From Octopus vulgaris (Eukaryota), in contig OX597825.1 in NCBI GenBank assembly GCA_951406725.2, positions 25,358,001 through 25,422,000 on the forward strand: 64,000 bases of DNA, written 5' to 3'. Numbering within the stretch: the first letter of the stretch is position 1; each line of letters opens with the position of its first letter. Below, one piece after another: positions 1-12,689 of the stretch. The notes beneath the pieces are model-generated. The model saw nothing but the letters and a program-made list of their open reading frames with translations, was not told the origin of the DNA and made no database searches. A program made the translations under genes and the position numbers.

Positions 1-1056
1 TTGGCAGCCATGCTGCATCGTCTCAAGACAGTTACTTTACAAAGAGTGAAAAAAATATTATTTTTTTTCTTCTCTTTTCCACATTATTGATCTTTCATAA
101 AAGATGGCTTTTAAATACAGAATGATAAAAAAAAACAAGTAACGTCTTGTGGTGTTTTTCCTACCTTTCTTTCTAGCCACCTTAGAATTTAATCTTCGGA
201 AATGGTGCAGGCGTACTTGTCCTTTGAACGTAAAACTCTCTTTGTAATATCTGAGCGTAAAATAAGGAGTTTTAAGATACCATCTTTTAACTTGAAGTCT
301 TAACTTCCAGTATACCTTCTGAGGCTATCAGTCTGGATCATAAATTGTAAATTTCCGAAAATCTCCCATTTTTATTTATTTGAAGAATATACATAATCAA
401 AGATTGACACTTAATTATTATTATAGCTATCCATAAGGCGGTGAGCTGGCAAAACCATTATCACGTTCTCTGTCGAGTGACGTTACTTCTGAGGTCCTTC
501 GGAGGAACTCTTATTTCGGACGCTTGTATTTGCAATTGTACTTTCAGTAACATTGTTTCATTAAGTTAAAAAATTTCAATAATGTCTAAGATGTCCTTCC
601 ATAGTAACAGTTTTTAAAAAATCATATCATCAAAATTTGTTAAAGATACCACTGTGTCTTCAATTTCCTTCCATACTTCCGGATGCTTAAATCATATCGA
701 AGAAACTTCTTTCATTATGTCAAACATTTCGATTGTCTTTGATTTTGGCCCTTAGTTAAGACTGCCAACAGAGTAACATTCGAACGCATAACATAAAAAA
801 TCTATTCTATAGAAAATCACTTTATCCATAATAATTTTTTTTTAGAAATTTTAAGATATTTAAAAAATATATATGCATTTTTACAATTTTCCTAACATTG
901 TTAGATAACCATACGCAGCACAAGTTCCTCTTTTCAGCGGTATACAAGTTTATCCAATCGATGTGGACCACAAGCTAACTTCATAAACGATAACACCATT
1001 GGTCTGGACGTTGAAGACGAGAAATTACGCACGTAAACTTAGCTTTGAAAACAGGA

Positions 1057-1123
<67 letters not shown>

Positions 1124-1225
1124 TTATCTATCTATCTTTAGGTCTAATAAATGTGAATCAAAACATGAGTGTGTATATACATTCTTACATACATGCATAC
1201 GTACATACAAACATACAAACATACA

Positions 1226-1259
<34 letters not shown>

Positions 1260-1323
1260 CATACATATATATATGTGTGTGTGTATCAAATGAAATAAAC
1301 GAAAAACAGGACACAAAGGATGT

Positions 1324-1418
1324 TGTGGTACATATGTTTCGAGCTTTATAGAACAACTTATTCTTACATCAATGCATAATCGACATAATATATAGTTCAA
1401 AAGCCCTCTTCAGCCGCA
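1324..1418 (-). ncRNA. Type I hammerhead ribozyme motif, long helix II
   Basis: Minus strand reads ugcgg-CUGAAGA-gggcuuu...aaagcuc-GAAA-cauaug-UA-ccaca. Intact core, 7-bp helix II base, palindromic helix III, helix I 4/5 paired. Predicted cut between 1329 and 1328. Confidence 0.75.
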
Positions 1419-1879
1419 TGCAATTGCTATACCAAAGATTTGTATCACATTGTGAAAGGTTTGAGAAAAAACATTTGGTATTGTTTATAATGGTAGGTAA
1501 ACCGAGTATCACTGGGAAAGTATGTTTGTAAATCTTCATAGGCGTACATGGTATTATTAGACTCCAAAACAAATCGTCTATGCCGTTTTCTCACTCAATA
1601 TAGAATTCTCACTCAATATAGGATTCACCCTGAATTTATATATATATATATATATATATACCCAAACTTTTATATTTGATATATTTAATATATTTAATGT
1701 GGTCTTATTTGTTTATCTGCATAATTACTTGTATACCCACTCAACTTGATCCCTCACATAGCCTTTCTTGAACCTTGTGGAATCGATCACCTGCAAACAC
1801 ATCGGAGTATAAGTTTGATTCTTCTGAGCACTACTAAGTGTCGTCTGTACGGAGAATCTCTGGATCTTATCTGTGGATT

Positions 1880-2610
1880 GCATACATTCATTCATACATA
1901 CATACATACATACATACATACATACATACATACATACATACATACACACATACATACACACATACATATACGCATACATACATACAAACATACATACATA
2001 TATACATACACACAAACATATATGCATACATACATACATATTTGTTACATTCATACATACATACATACATACACACATACATATACGCATACATACATAC
2101 AAACATACATACATACATGCACACATACATGTATGCATACATACATACATACACATACATACATACATGCACACATACATACACACATACATATATGAAT
2201 ACATACATACATATATACATACACACATACATATATGCATACATACATACATACACATACATACATACATACATACATACATACACACATACATATATGA
2301 ATACATACATACATATATACATACACACATACATATATGCATACATACATACATACACATACATACATACATACATACATACATACACACATACATATAT
2401 GAATACATACATACATATATACATACACACATACATATATGCATACATGCATACATACATATTTGCATACATTCATACATACATACATACACACACACAC
2501 ATATATATGCATACATACATACATACAAACATGCATACATACATATATGCATACATACATGCACACATACATACATACAGACATACATACAAACATACAT
2601 ACATATATAA
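1880..2610. repeat. (CATA)n-based compound microsatellite with internal higher-order duplications
   Basis: Direct reading; source of the spurious YIHT/MYVC ORFs. Confidence 0.95.
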
Positions 2611-2745
2611 TGTATGTAAATAAATATATATTATTATGTTTATAATTTTTTCTTATTTGGAGAAAGTTACATAAGTGACTTAAGGGTTACGAGCTTCGTA
2701 ACAAGCACAAGACTCATGGCTTTTATATCTCTCTATCTCTCTATT

Positions 2746-2804
<59 letters not shown>

Positions 2805-3091
2805 GTCTACACACTCACGCACACACACACACTCATACACACACAACCACAAATATGCAAACAACCAATAATACATGCGTGTGTGCGTCAACACATGTAA
2901 GCACATGCATGCAAAGTATTTATATTTTTGCAAGAGCAAGAGAAATGGGAGAAAAATTCGTTTTATTCACAGCTGATACCCCTCAGCTCTAATCTTCTGA
3001 CCAGCTGCTTCTAATACAAATCTATTTGTCTTTATATCTATGAAGCCGCGAAGCTTGAGGCAAACTAAAGAAATAAATATGACATGACTAC

Positions 3092-3167
<76 letters not shown>

Positions 3168-3232
3168 GTGTATGTGTTTGTGCATGCATGTACGAATACA
3201 AAATATATATATATACATATACATACGTGTAA

Positions 3233-3288
<56 letters not shown>

Positions 3289-3430
3289 GCATATATGTAT
3301 ATGCATGTATATGCATATATTTCAAACACACAAACGCCCATAAAATGCATTTATACAAATGTATATATAGATATATGTATATGTATGTATATGTATAATA
3401 TGTATATATATATATATGTACATATGTATG

Positions 3431-3493
<63 letters not shown>

Positions 3494-3656
3494 GTCTATA
3501 TATATATATATATGCGCATAGACACACACATATATACATATACACATATTTATTTATATGTGTGTGCTTATGTGTGTGTATGTGTGTGGTAAATGTATCT
3601 CTTCAGAATAATTGAAAATATAAATATACAAAATGAGCTACTCTAATTTGGTTCAC

Positions 3657-3709
<53 letters not shown>

Positions 3710-3718
3710 TACATACAC

Positions 3719-3760
<42 letters not shown>

Positions 3761-4075
3761 TATGCTTTAGATAAGATGCAGCTGCTCAGAAAATTGATTA
3801 AATTGAATAAATATGTCATCATAATATTTATATTTATGAATGATAGTCATTTCGCTTATGAGTATATGTTTATGCATGAAGATGATATATCGTATATATA
3901 CATGGATACAAGAATAAATATGGCGCGCACACACACATACGCATATATATGTATATGTATGTGTAAATGAATATATATACATGTATGTATACTACTAATA
4001 TAGGATGAAGTTTTTTACAGAAAAAATTTCATCAAAAAGTGGCAGCATATTAAAATACCTTTAAGGTTAAAATTA

Positions 4076-4286
4076 TAAACAACTTATAAACAGGAGCAAA
4101 AGAAAATTATTTCCATGCCAATATGCTGATAACAGACTTTTAAATCTCTGTTGACTAGCATCCCGATTTCAGTACAACGTATTTCTGTAGTGAGTATATA
4201 TGTGTGGAAATTGACGATTTAAAAGTCTGTTATCAGCATATTGGCATGGAAATAATTTTCTTTTGCCTCTGTTTATAAGTTGTTTA
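4076..4286. repeat. 71-bp inverted repeat (4076-4146 / 4216-4286) with 69-bp spacer
   Basis: taaacaacttataaac...cttttaaatc versus gatttaaaag...gtttataagttgttta, about 2 mismatches. Confidence 0.9.
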
Positions 4287-4310
4287 CATGTATGTATGTA
4301 TGTATGTATG

Positions 4311-4375
<65 letters not shown>

Positions 4376-4404
4376 GAGAAAAGAAGCAACAAGAATGGAT
4401 TAGT

Positions 4405-4495
4405 TTTTAGTACAATTGTTTCATACAAAGACAGGCTTTATTAAAAGTTGCAAATATTGCAGCAGATAAAAGTGTCCCGTACTCATCAGCTAAAA
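4405..4495 (-). ncRNA. Type I hammerhead ribozyme motif, long helix II, within a ~370-bp element flanked by (TA)n (4375-4745)
   Basis: Minus strand reads uuuuag-CUGAUGA-guacgggaca...ugucuuuguau-GAAA-caauug-UA-cuaaaa. Perfect 6-bp helix I, palindromic helix III. Predicted cut between 4411 and 4410. Confidence 0.75.
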
Positions 4496-4740
4496 TACAT
4501 ATGAGTTCTCTAAACATCTTAGTGAGTGAGGCTACACTCATGAAGTATTGGAGATAATTTCATTAAAAGCAGATTCAGGTTGTAAACAGACTTCCAAAGT
4601 TCTTTAATGATGATGCACAGTCTAATCACAGGTTTTAAAAAAGCTTATTAGTTTCACAGAGAAGTTTAATCCATCCATAGTGTAGGTGTAAATTTCCAGA
4701 GACATGAGAAGGTAAAAGAAGAAAGAAGAAAGAAAAAAGA

Positions 4741-4836
<96 letters not shown>

Positions 4837-5131
4837 TTTTTTTTTTTTTTTATATATATATCGATGGGTGAATGAATTATCCTATGTTTACCGTCAACCT
4901 TGAAAATTCGATGAACCGATACCAAGGTAGCAAATTTACGTCAGAAACACGGTTGAAGCGACCTATCCAAAGGTAGAAACTCCGGGTTCATGTGCCGAAA
5001 TTTGTGATATACATATATACATACATATATACATACATACATATATATATATTTACGCATACATACATACATACATACATGCATACATACATGCATACAT
5101 ACATACATACATACATACATACATACATACA

Positions 5132-5219
<88 letters not shown>

Positions 5220-5222
<3 letters not shown>

Positions 5223-5515
5223 GGGGGCAATAAAGTCACTACACAATTAAGACGAACCAATTAATCAACGGTCCAGAAATTTATTATCAAAATGGTTTTG
5301 GCTAATTCCGGTTAATAACAACGAAATACTATAGTAAACAATAGTAAATAGATTTCCGATGCTGCAAGCCACCTGCTTCGGTGTATTCCCTACAACGTGA
5401 GAGAATGCTTCGACAATTGTCACAACACAAATGGTTCTGACGGCTTAAGTCTTCGAATGCGTCTCGAATAAATTGCTTGAGGTCTTCGATATTTCTCGGT
5501 TTCTTTGTAGAATAA
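5220..5515 (-). mobile_element. 3' end of a Tc1/mariner-superfamily element (transposase C-terminus plus TIR)
   Basis: Minus-strand translation IYSTKKPRNIEDLKQFIRDAFEDLSRQNHLCCDNCRSILSRCREYTEAGGLQ. Terminus TA|caggggggcaataaagtcact; a related terminus occurs at ~11135-11190. Confidence 0.6.
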
Positions 5516-7031
5516 ATACGATATTATTTGTTATTGTCTGAGAATATGGTGTAATTTGAGAGGATAATAAAAAAGTTATGGATGACTTAGTGATTTACTG
5601 CAAAACCCATGGCGGCCAAAATGATCAGAACGGTTGCTTTTACTCCATGTTTTAGTATATTTAACTGTCGAACTCTAATGTTTTGAATTTGTTTACGTGA
5701 CAGTTCGTTTACTAAACATTAGTAAGAATATCTGCAGTGTACTTTGTTAATATAATGCCACTTACTCCGTTACCAATTCGTCAGCAGATTATTAAGCTTC
5801 GAAAGAAGGATAATTTAAGTATTAGGTTCATTGCAAAGATTGTTAACAAGTCAAAAAGTGTTGTTCACGGAATTCTTAAGGTCTACGATGATTGTGGTTC
5901 GTGTGAAGCAAGAAAGTCTACAGGTAGGCCAAGAAAAACGACCAAGAGAGAAGATCGTGCTATGGTAAAGTTGGTTAGAAAGGACAGATTTAAAACTGCT
6001 GCTGCTGTTTTTCGGGAAATGAGCATTGTACTGTAGAAAACTTTATCTCGAAAAACTGTGTCTCGTCCTTTAGTTGAACATGACCTACAAGCAAGAGCAC
6101 CTGCAGTGAAGCCACTGATCAGCTCCAAGAATAAAAAGTGTCGTCTTACCTTTGCAACCGAACATGTGTTGTGGTCTCAAGAAAAATGGCAAACGGTGCA
6201 TTTCAGTGATGAATCTAAGTCTATGTTATTTGGCTCAGATGGGAAAAGGTACGTTCGTCGAAAAGCAGGTGAAAAATTGCCATCTAAATGCCTTAAGACT
6301 AGTGTTAAATTCGGTGGAGGAAGTGTCATGGTTTGGGGGAGATGTTGTGGGTCCTTTGGTGCGATTACATGGAAAGGTAAATGCAGGAGTTTATAAACAA
6401 CTTGTAAAAGATCATGTCTTGCCTGTGCTGAGAAATTCAACTAAGTGACCACCCATATTCATGCAGGACAATGCCCCATGTCACAAGGCTAAAGTGGTCA
6501 TGAACTTCCTCAAGGCTGAAAAGGTTATTGTTATGGATTGGCCTGCTCAAAGCCCAGACCTCAATCCTATTGAAAATGTGTGGAATATTCTAGGAGAACG
6601 TTTGAAAGCCAGAAATCCTAAAACAACCGAGCAATTACGTAATGCCCTTCAGGAAGAATGGAATAAGATCACCCAGCAAAAAATTGAAAATTTAATTTCC
6701 CCATGCAGTCAAAAATGTCAAACCTTGATTGAAGCTAAAGGGCTTCACATTAAATATGAAATAATTCCAGCATTCTCTGTCACTTTTTGATTATTTTGTT
6801 ATTTTTTCAACCGTTCTGATCATTTTGGCCACCATGGGTTTTGCAGTAAATCCCTATATCATCCATAACTTTTGTATTATCCACTCAAATTACACCAAAA
6901 TCTCAGACCATACCAATTAATATCGTATTTATTGTCTGTGAAAATTATAGAATATAAAACAACTTTAATAAAAACTTATACCTACTTTTCTGACGAAAAC
7001 AATGCCGTTATGAAAATTTTGGCCGCAACTG
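5511..7031 (+). mobile_element. Tc1 (DD34E) DNA transposon with IR-DR type ends; left TIR truncated
   Basis: Inverted repeat 5511-5636 versus 6808-6933. The right TIR continues to ...ttttggccgcaactg|TA at 7031. Inner and outer motifs both contain ggccaaaat. Confidence 0.9.
5755..6760 (+). pseudogene. Tc1 transposase pseudogene (2 in-frame stops, 1 frameshift)
   Basis: HTH plus GRPRKTT, FSDESK, VKFGGGSVMVWG, and QDNAPCH...SPDLNPIE with 34 residues between D and E. Split across ORFs 5737-6036, 6058-6396, 6152-6448 and 6461-6790. Confidence 0.92.
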
Positions 7032-7042
7032 TAAATATATAC

Positions 7043-7181
<139 letters not shown>

Positions 7182-8021
7182 CTGTGTGTGTCTGTGTGTT
7201 TGCTTAACCCTCCCACCGCTTGACCACCGGTGTCTTTTTGTTTTTTCGACAAAAAAGGCATAAGTAGCAGGCTGAAAGAAATAAGTTCTTGGGTCGATTC
7301 GTTTGACTAAGCCTTTCAAGGCGGTGCTCCAGTATGACCGCAGTCCAGTGACTGAAGTAGGTAAAAAGATAAAGGAAGAAGAGCATTATCGTTCTAAAGA
7401 CTCTATCACTTTGCCTCATCTGTTGACGAGTGCTTTGCTGATTTGCTATGATCAGCTCTAATATTTCAACGAGATTGCCTGTTTCACCAACAGCGCTCAA
7501 GAGTTGAAACTTCCGCTCAAACGTAAGCTACTGGAGTGGAAGATCTGTCAATAATATCTATCAATAAGATCTATCATTTCTCTCATATTTCTATACTATG
7601 GACAATGGGCTGTTATTATTCAACACACGGCGCATATTGAGAGCGACGGCAGTGTAACACACTCGAAGCACATCATCAGGTTGCTAAAATGATAAACAAT
7701 AGCAGGAAGTTAATGACATCGTAGCAATATTTTTAGCTTTATTCGCTCAACACCCTTTCGCTTTTCGTATCCGGCAACGCAGCACAAATTGATACAGGAC
7801 AATGCTAAGGCAAGAGTTATTGCTTTCTAAATCACTGCTATTATACTGATCGACTGGACAAATTGTTATGTCTTAATAGAAAATTATACACCTACATCTA
7901 CTTTCTTACAAACTTACACACAGCCCGTGCATTCATATACGCACTTATGAGTCAAATTGGCTTTACAAATTCGTGTGGGTCGTGTTTTACTAACCGCCAT
8001 TACAGTAGCAACGGAGAAAGA

Positions 8022-8052
<31 letters not shown>

Positions 8053-8710
8053 CTTCTTCTTCTTCTTCTTCTTCTTCTTCTTCTTCTTCTTCTTCTTTAT
8101 TCTCTCCTCTTGTTGTTGTTGTTCTTTTTCTTTTTCTTGTTGTTCTTGTTGTTATTCCTCCTCCTTCTTCTTCTCCTCATCTTCTTGTTCGTCTTCCCTC
8201 TTCTCTTCCTCCTTCTCCATCTCCTCCTCTTCTTCTTCTTTTTGTTGTTATTGTTATTCCTCTTCTTCCTCCCCCTCCCCTCCTCCCCTCCTGCTCCTGC
8301 TTCTCTTCCTCCCTCTCTTCTTCCTCCATCTCCTCTTCCTCCTTCTCCTCTTCCTCCCTCTCCTCTTCCTCCTTCTCCTCTTCCTCCCTCTTCTCTTCCT
8401 CCTTCTCATCTTCCTCCTTCTCCTCTTCCTCTTCCCCCTCCTCCTCCCGCACCTCCTTCTCCTCACTCTTCTTCTTCTTCTTCTTCTTCTTCTTCTTGCC
8501 ATCAAAGACCCCCTCTCTCCTTCTCCACTGTTGTAACTATTCTTTCATCATTCATTATTCTTCCTTCATCATTCTTCTTAATCTCTTGGCGTTATTGTTC
8601 TTGTTAGTCGTTTCCTTATTTCTTTTCGCTTTCTTTTCTCCTCCTCCTCCTCCTCCTCCTCCTCCACACCATTCCCCCGCACCTTCCCACCCTCTTTCTT
8701 CCATGTCTTT
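8022..8710. repeat. (CTT)n/(CCT)n polypyrimidine low-complexity tract
   Basis: Direct reading. Confidence 0.9.
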
Positions 8711-9286
8711 CCCCATAACTTCTGAGAAACTCCTAATAACAAAACAACAACACTTTCCCATCTTTGATGTTTTCAGCTTAATGGTGTTCTGTGGTCGAGC
8801 ACTTTTCTGAAAGGGAAATTGTTGCACAAGATTCGACAAGCTTTCTCTGTAATGATACCTCGAAAGATAATTGACCGATGCACTTAATCTCTAGTCATCG
8901 GCAAACGTCTATTACTTACTACATCAACAGAGAATTTTCTTTCTTCAATATAGCACTCAATATATTAATCAATATACTTACTTCTTCCCTCTACAATAGT
9001 TGACATAAACGGTGGTAGCACAAAATGTAAAATTAAAAAAAAAAAAAAAGAAAACGGACAGAACATGAAGTATTGAGTTACGCCCCTTTGTTTTGATTTC
9101 AAATTCCAATAGGCTACTGAATGTAATTTCAACAAGAATTAGCTGAGAAAAATAACTCAAAATGACCAGTGGCTTGTATTTGAATAGCATAGACAAATAG
9201 CGGTATGCTAAATAGCATTCAACGTAAATTCTTGATTTATTAAAACTATCTTCGCCTCCAGAAGATGTGCTATCATTACTAAATGG

Positions 9287-9682
9287 CTGAAGGCGGAGAG
9301 CTGGCAGAAACGTTAGCACGCCGGGTGATATGCGTAGCCGTATTTCATCTGCCGTTACGTTCTGAGTTCAAATTCTGCCGAGGTCGACTTTACCTTTCAT
9401 CCTTCCGAGGTCGATAAATTAAGTACCAGTGAAGCACTGGGGTCGATATAATCGACCTAATCCGCTTGTCTGTCTTTGTTTGTCCTCTCTGTGTTTAGCC
9501 CCTTGTGGGTAGTAAATAAATAAGTATTTCGTCTGTCTTTACGTTCTGAGTTCAAATTCCGCCGAAGTCGACATTTCTTTATCCTTTCGAGGTCGATAAA
9601 TTAAGTACCAGTTGCGTACGAGAATCGACCTAATCGACTGCCCCCTCCACCAATTTCGAGCCTTGTGCCTATAGTAGAAAGG
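9287..9682 (+). mobile_element. SINE family A dimer with 15-bp TSD
   Basis: Head aaggcggagagctggcagaaacgttagc; body gtcgactttgcctttcatcctt-cggggtcgataaa present twice. TSD atcattactaaatgg at 9272-9286 and 9683-9697. Confidence 0.85.
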
Positions 9683-9809
9683 ATCATTACTAAATGGATG
9701 TTAAGACTAGTTCTGTTTGAGAAGGAGAGATAATCTCAAACTTCACGTGTTCTCCAAAATTGACATGCCCTTAAAGATACGGACAGGTTTCTGATCAAGA
9801 GATCAGAAG

Positions 9810-9860
9810 ACAGTCGTGGACACGTGTTTCTGGTTCAGTAGCCATCATCAGAACGACAGT
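9810..9860 (-). ncRNA. Minimal type I hammerhead ribozyme motif
   Basis: Minus strand reads gucguu-CUGAUGA-ugg-cuacugaa-cca-GAAA-cacgug-UC-cacgac. GUC cleavage triplet and palindromic helix III. Predicted cut between 9819 and 9818. Confidence 0.7.
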
Positions 9861-10184
9861 TGTCCATCCTTATCTCCCGTAGTCAAAGGACTCAGATTTA
9901 TTCGAAAAAGGATAGAAAGCACTTTTGGCCAAAGTAATTTGCATAATTCAAACTAAAATGAACAAAGAGAAATAATCCAAAGTGACTGGTGGCTCTCTTT
10001 ACACTTTGGTTTCAGCTCTACCATCAAGGGATAATAAATGCAGTTTTTCATGTTTTCCGGATTCGATAAGATAAGCAGTAATCAAATAAGGGGTCTGCTA
10101 TGAATTTGAGTCTTAAATGTGAAAATTAATGGGTGTTTGGGGACAGATCCTATTAATAACGGTTCGGCAACAGACATTCTTTTA

Positions 10185-10557
10185 TTCTTGCTACTTGTTC
10201 TAGTCACTGAACAGCAGCTATACTAGGGGCAATGATTCGAGGGTTTAATCGATTAAATCGATCCTAGTACTTATTGTTTTAAGTCTGGAGTTTATTCTAT
10301 CTTTTGCTGAACATTTAAGAGATGTAAGCAAATATCGGGAAACAAGCGGTGGGAGAACAAACCCAAAGATATACACATGCGCACGAATACATACATACGA
10401 CGGGCGTGCACACAGTTTATGAAATTCACTTACGAAGCATTGGTAGACCCTGGGGCTATTTTAGAATATACTTGCCCAAGGTGCCGCGTAGTGGAACTGA
10501 ACCCCAAACCACGCGATTGCGAATTGTACTTCTTAATCATACAACCATGCTTCCGCC
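10185..10557 (-). mobile_element. SINE family B, old diverged copy
   Basis: Matches family B motifs (cttgcccaaggtgccgcg..gtggaactgaacc, cttttgctgaac). Confidence 0.7.
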
Positions 10558-10949
10558 TAACAGAACGTTTTTACTTCCAAATCATTTATTGAGGTCGATT
10601 TTGTCTCTTTTCTTTTGCTTATATCTCTTAACTGTTCAGCAAATGATAGAATAAACTCCAGACTTAAAACAATAAGTACTAGGATCGATTTAATCGATTA
10701 AACCCTTGAAGCATTGCCCCTAGTGTAGCTGCTGTTCACTAACTGGAACAATACAGGTTTTTGTGCAGTTTTGCATCTCACCTGCCAGCTTCTATTTTCA
10801 CCTGACACCTAAAAATTTCACGGTACTTTTTTTTAAATACGATTTTGTCCTAAATACGGCTCGAGGTCACTGTAGCGTAAGGAACCAGAAGGAAGGAAAA
10901 GAAGAAACTTACAAATTCAAAAGATGTTTGACAGAAAATTTAAAGTATA

Positions 10950-11078
10950 AGAAGGAAAGAAGGAGGGTTTAATGTTTCGAGCGGAGCTCTTCGTCAGAAA
11001 CATAGGCGAAGGAAAGATACAGAGAAGGGAAGACAGAGGAAAAAAATCGCCAACGGTACACACGCGGTCACATTTTGA

Positions 11079-11080
<2 letters not shown>
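10950..11080 (-). mobile_element. Hammerhead-bearing short repeat (family H), copy 1; ribozyme motif at 10967-11001
   Basis: Minus strand reads guuu-CUGACGA-a-gagc-ucc-gcuc-GAAA-ca-UU-aaac. Homologous to 13155-13395 and 32785-33010; abuts (TA)n. Confidence 0.7.
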
Positions 11081-11139
<59 letters not shown>

Positions 11140-11809
11140 GTGACAATAAAGTCGCTATATAATTAAGACGAAGCAATTAATCAATTAATCTGCTATATCA
11201 TAGCAGAAAGGAAGACAAGGCGATGATAATGAGTTCCAGAGAGTCAGAGGTCGAGGAAAGAAGCTATTAAAATAAAGGGTCTTCTGCTTCTTACTCTTTT
11301 CATTCGCCATTAACTCTTCCTCGATAAACGATGCACATCAAGTCGGTTAACCCACTATGTTCTGTTTCATTATATTTTTTCTCGCTATAACTGATTTTAA
11401 TTTCCTGCAAAACCCTTACACTTTCGAATGTAATATTTTGCAATTCCCTTCTGAGCTCAAATTCCTCCGAGGTCGACTTTGTTTTTCATCCTTTCGGGGT
11501 TCGATAAATTAAGTGCCAGTTGCGTACTGGGGTCGATCTAATCGACTGGCTCCCTTCCCCAAAAGTAGTGTAGAATATTTTGTAATTCTTTGTTAAACAC
11601 CTGTAGCAGACTTTTATCAACAAATTTGCACAATTATTTCTCAATAAGATTCTTACCTCTTTGTATCTCTGTATATGTAGCTATTCTGTGTGTGTGTTTG
11701 TGGGTACAGGATGTTGAGTTCAAGCGAATGTATAACAACCCACTCCAAACCCAACAAAACACAGAATCATGCAAGTGAGAAAAACGAACCGTACAACTAC
11801 TAAAATTGT

Positions 11810-12117
11810 TTTATTGTTTGCTCCTTCTCAAGCCACGCCTGGCTCATAAGGGCCGGTTTCCCGGTTTCCTTGGCGTACAGGTTCCCCACCTGGACGGAAC
11901 GCCGGTCCGTCGCAGGTGAGCTGCAAGATGAAGGAGGAAAGAGTGAGAGAAAGTTGTGGCAAAAGAGTCAGCAGAAGTTCGCCATTACCATCTGTCAGAA
12001 CTGCGTGGAGCTTAGGGGTTTCGCTCATAAACACACACATCGCCCGGTCTGAGATTCGAACGCGCAATCCCTCGACTGCGAGTCCGCTGCTCTAACCACT
12101 AGGCCATGTGCCTTCAC
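11810..12117 (-). mobile_element. tRNA-derived SINE family C (head H1 + tail T2)
   Basis: tRNA-like head with A/B boxes (tggcctagtggttagagc...gttcgaatc); near-identical to 39988-40306. Confidence 0.85.
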
Positions 12118-12340
12118 AAATACTAAAATATGTCTGTGTTCTCTTCCAAAACTTGTGACCTCATATCAAAGGTAGAAATGTGTTACTGATAATCTTAAGT
12201 TCAGATTAATTACTTTTTTGAAACTAATTTTCAACAATCTTATCTGTTCATTGTATTTTTCTTAGTTAAACCAATTATAATATATAATTTCGTTTTTGTA
12301 TTTGATTTGCAAGATTCTGTATGTGAATCCGTGTGTTGAA

Positions 12341-12457
12341 GCATATTTTACTGTCTGGGGAGAGTAATTCTGTTTTAATGCCTTATTAGTTAACACACCC
12401 ACCGGTTCAATTTCCACTTTTTTTTCTAAAGTGTTTGTCTCTGTTCCGGGTAGGGTG

Positions 12458-12541
<84 letters not shown>

Positions 12542-12689
12542 GGAGAGAGAGGACTATTGAAGAGGTTGCAAGAAGCACCGAAAATTTTAGAAAAAATAAA
12601 TTAGTAAATGAGTGGAAATCGAACCGGTGAGTGTGTTAATTAATAAGGCATTAAAACAGAATGACTCTCCCCAGATACAATAAAATATG
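12341..12689. repeat. ~90-bp inverted repeat enclosing a (GATA)n(GA)n microsatellite
   Basis: catattttactgtctggggagag...tttccact versus agtggaaatcgaaccggtg...ctctccccagatacaataaaatatg. Confidence 0.85.

Noticed and set aside
150-930. Possible highly decayed transposase on the minus strand
   Set aside because: Only vague motif resemblance with many stops, and no TIRs found.
3030-3075. ctATGAagcc...ggcAAAc hammerhead-like remnant
   Set aside because: Both core halves have deletions and there is no convincing helix I or III.
4940-4996. GAAActccgggTT preceded by a stem-loop
   Set aside because: No CUGANGA core.
7400-7545. CLIC..VL...AM motif reminiscent of a Buster/hAT transposase
   Set aside because: Too short and interrupted by stops to support.
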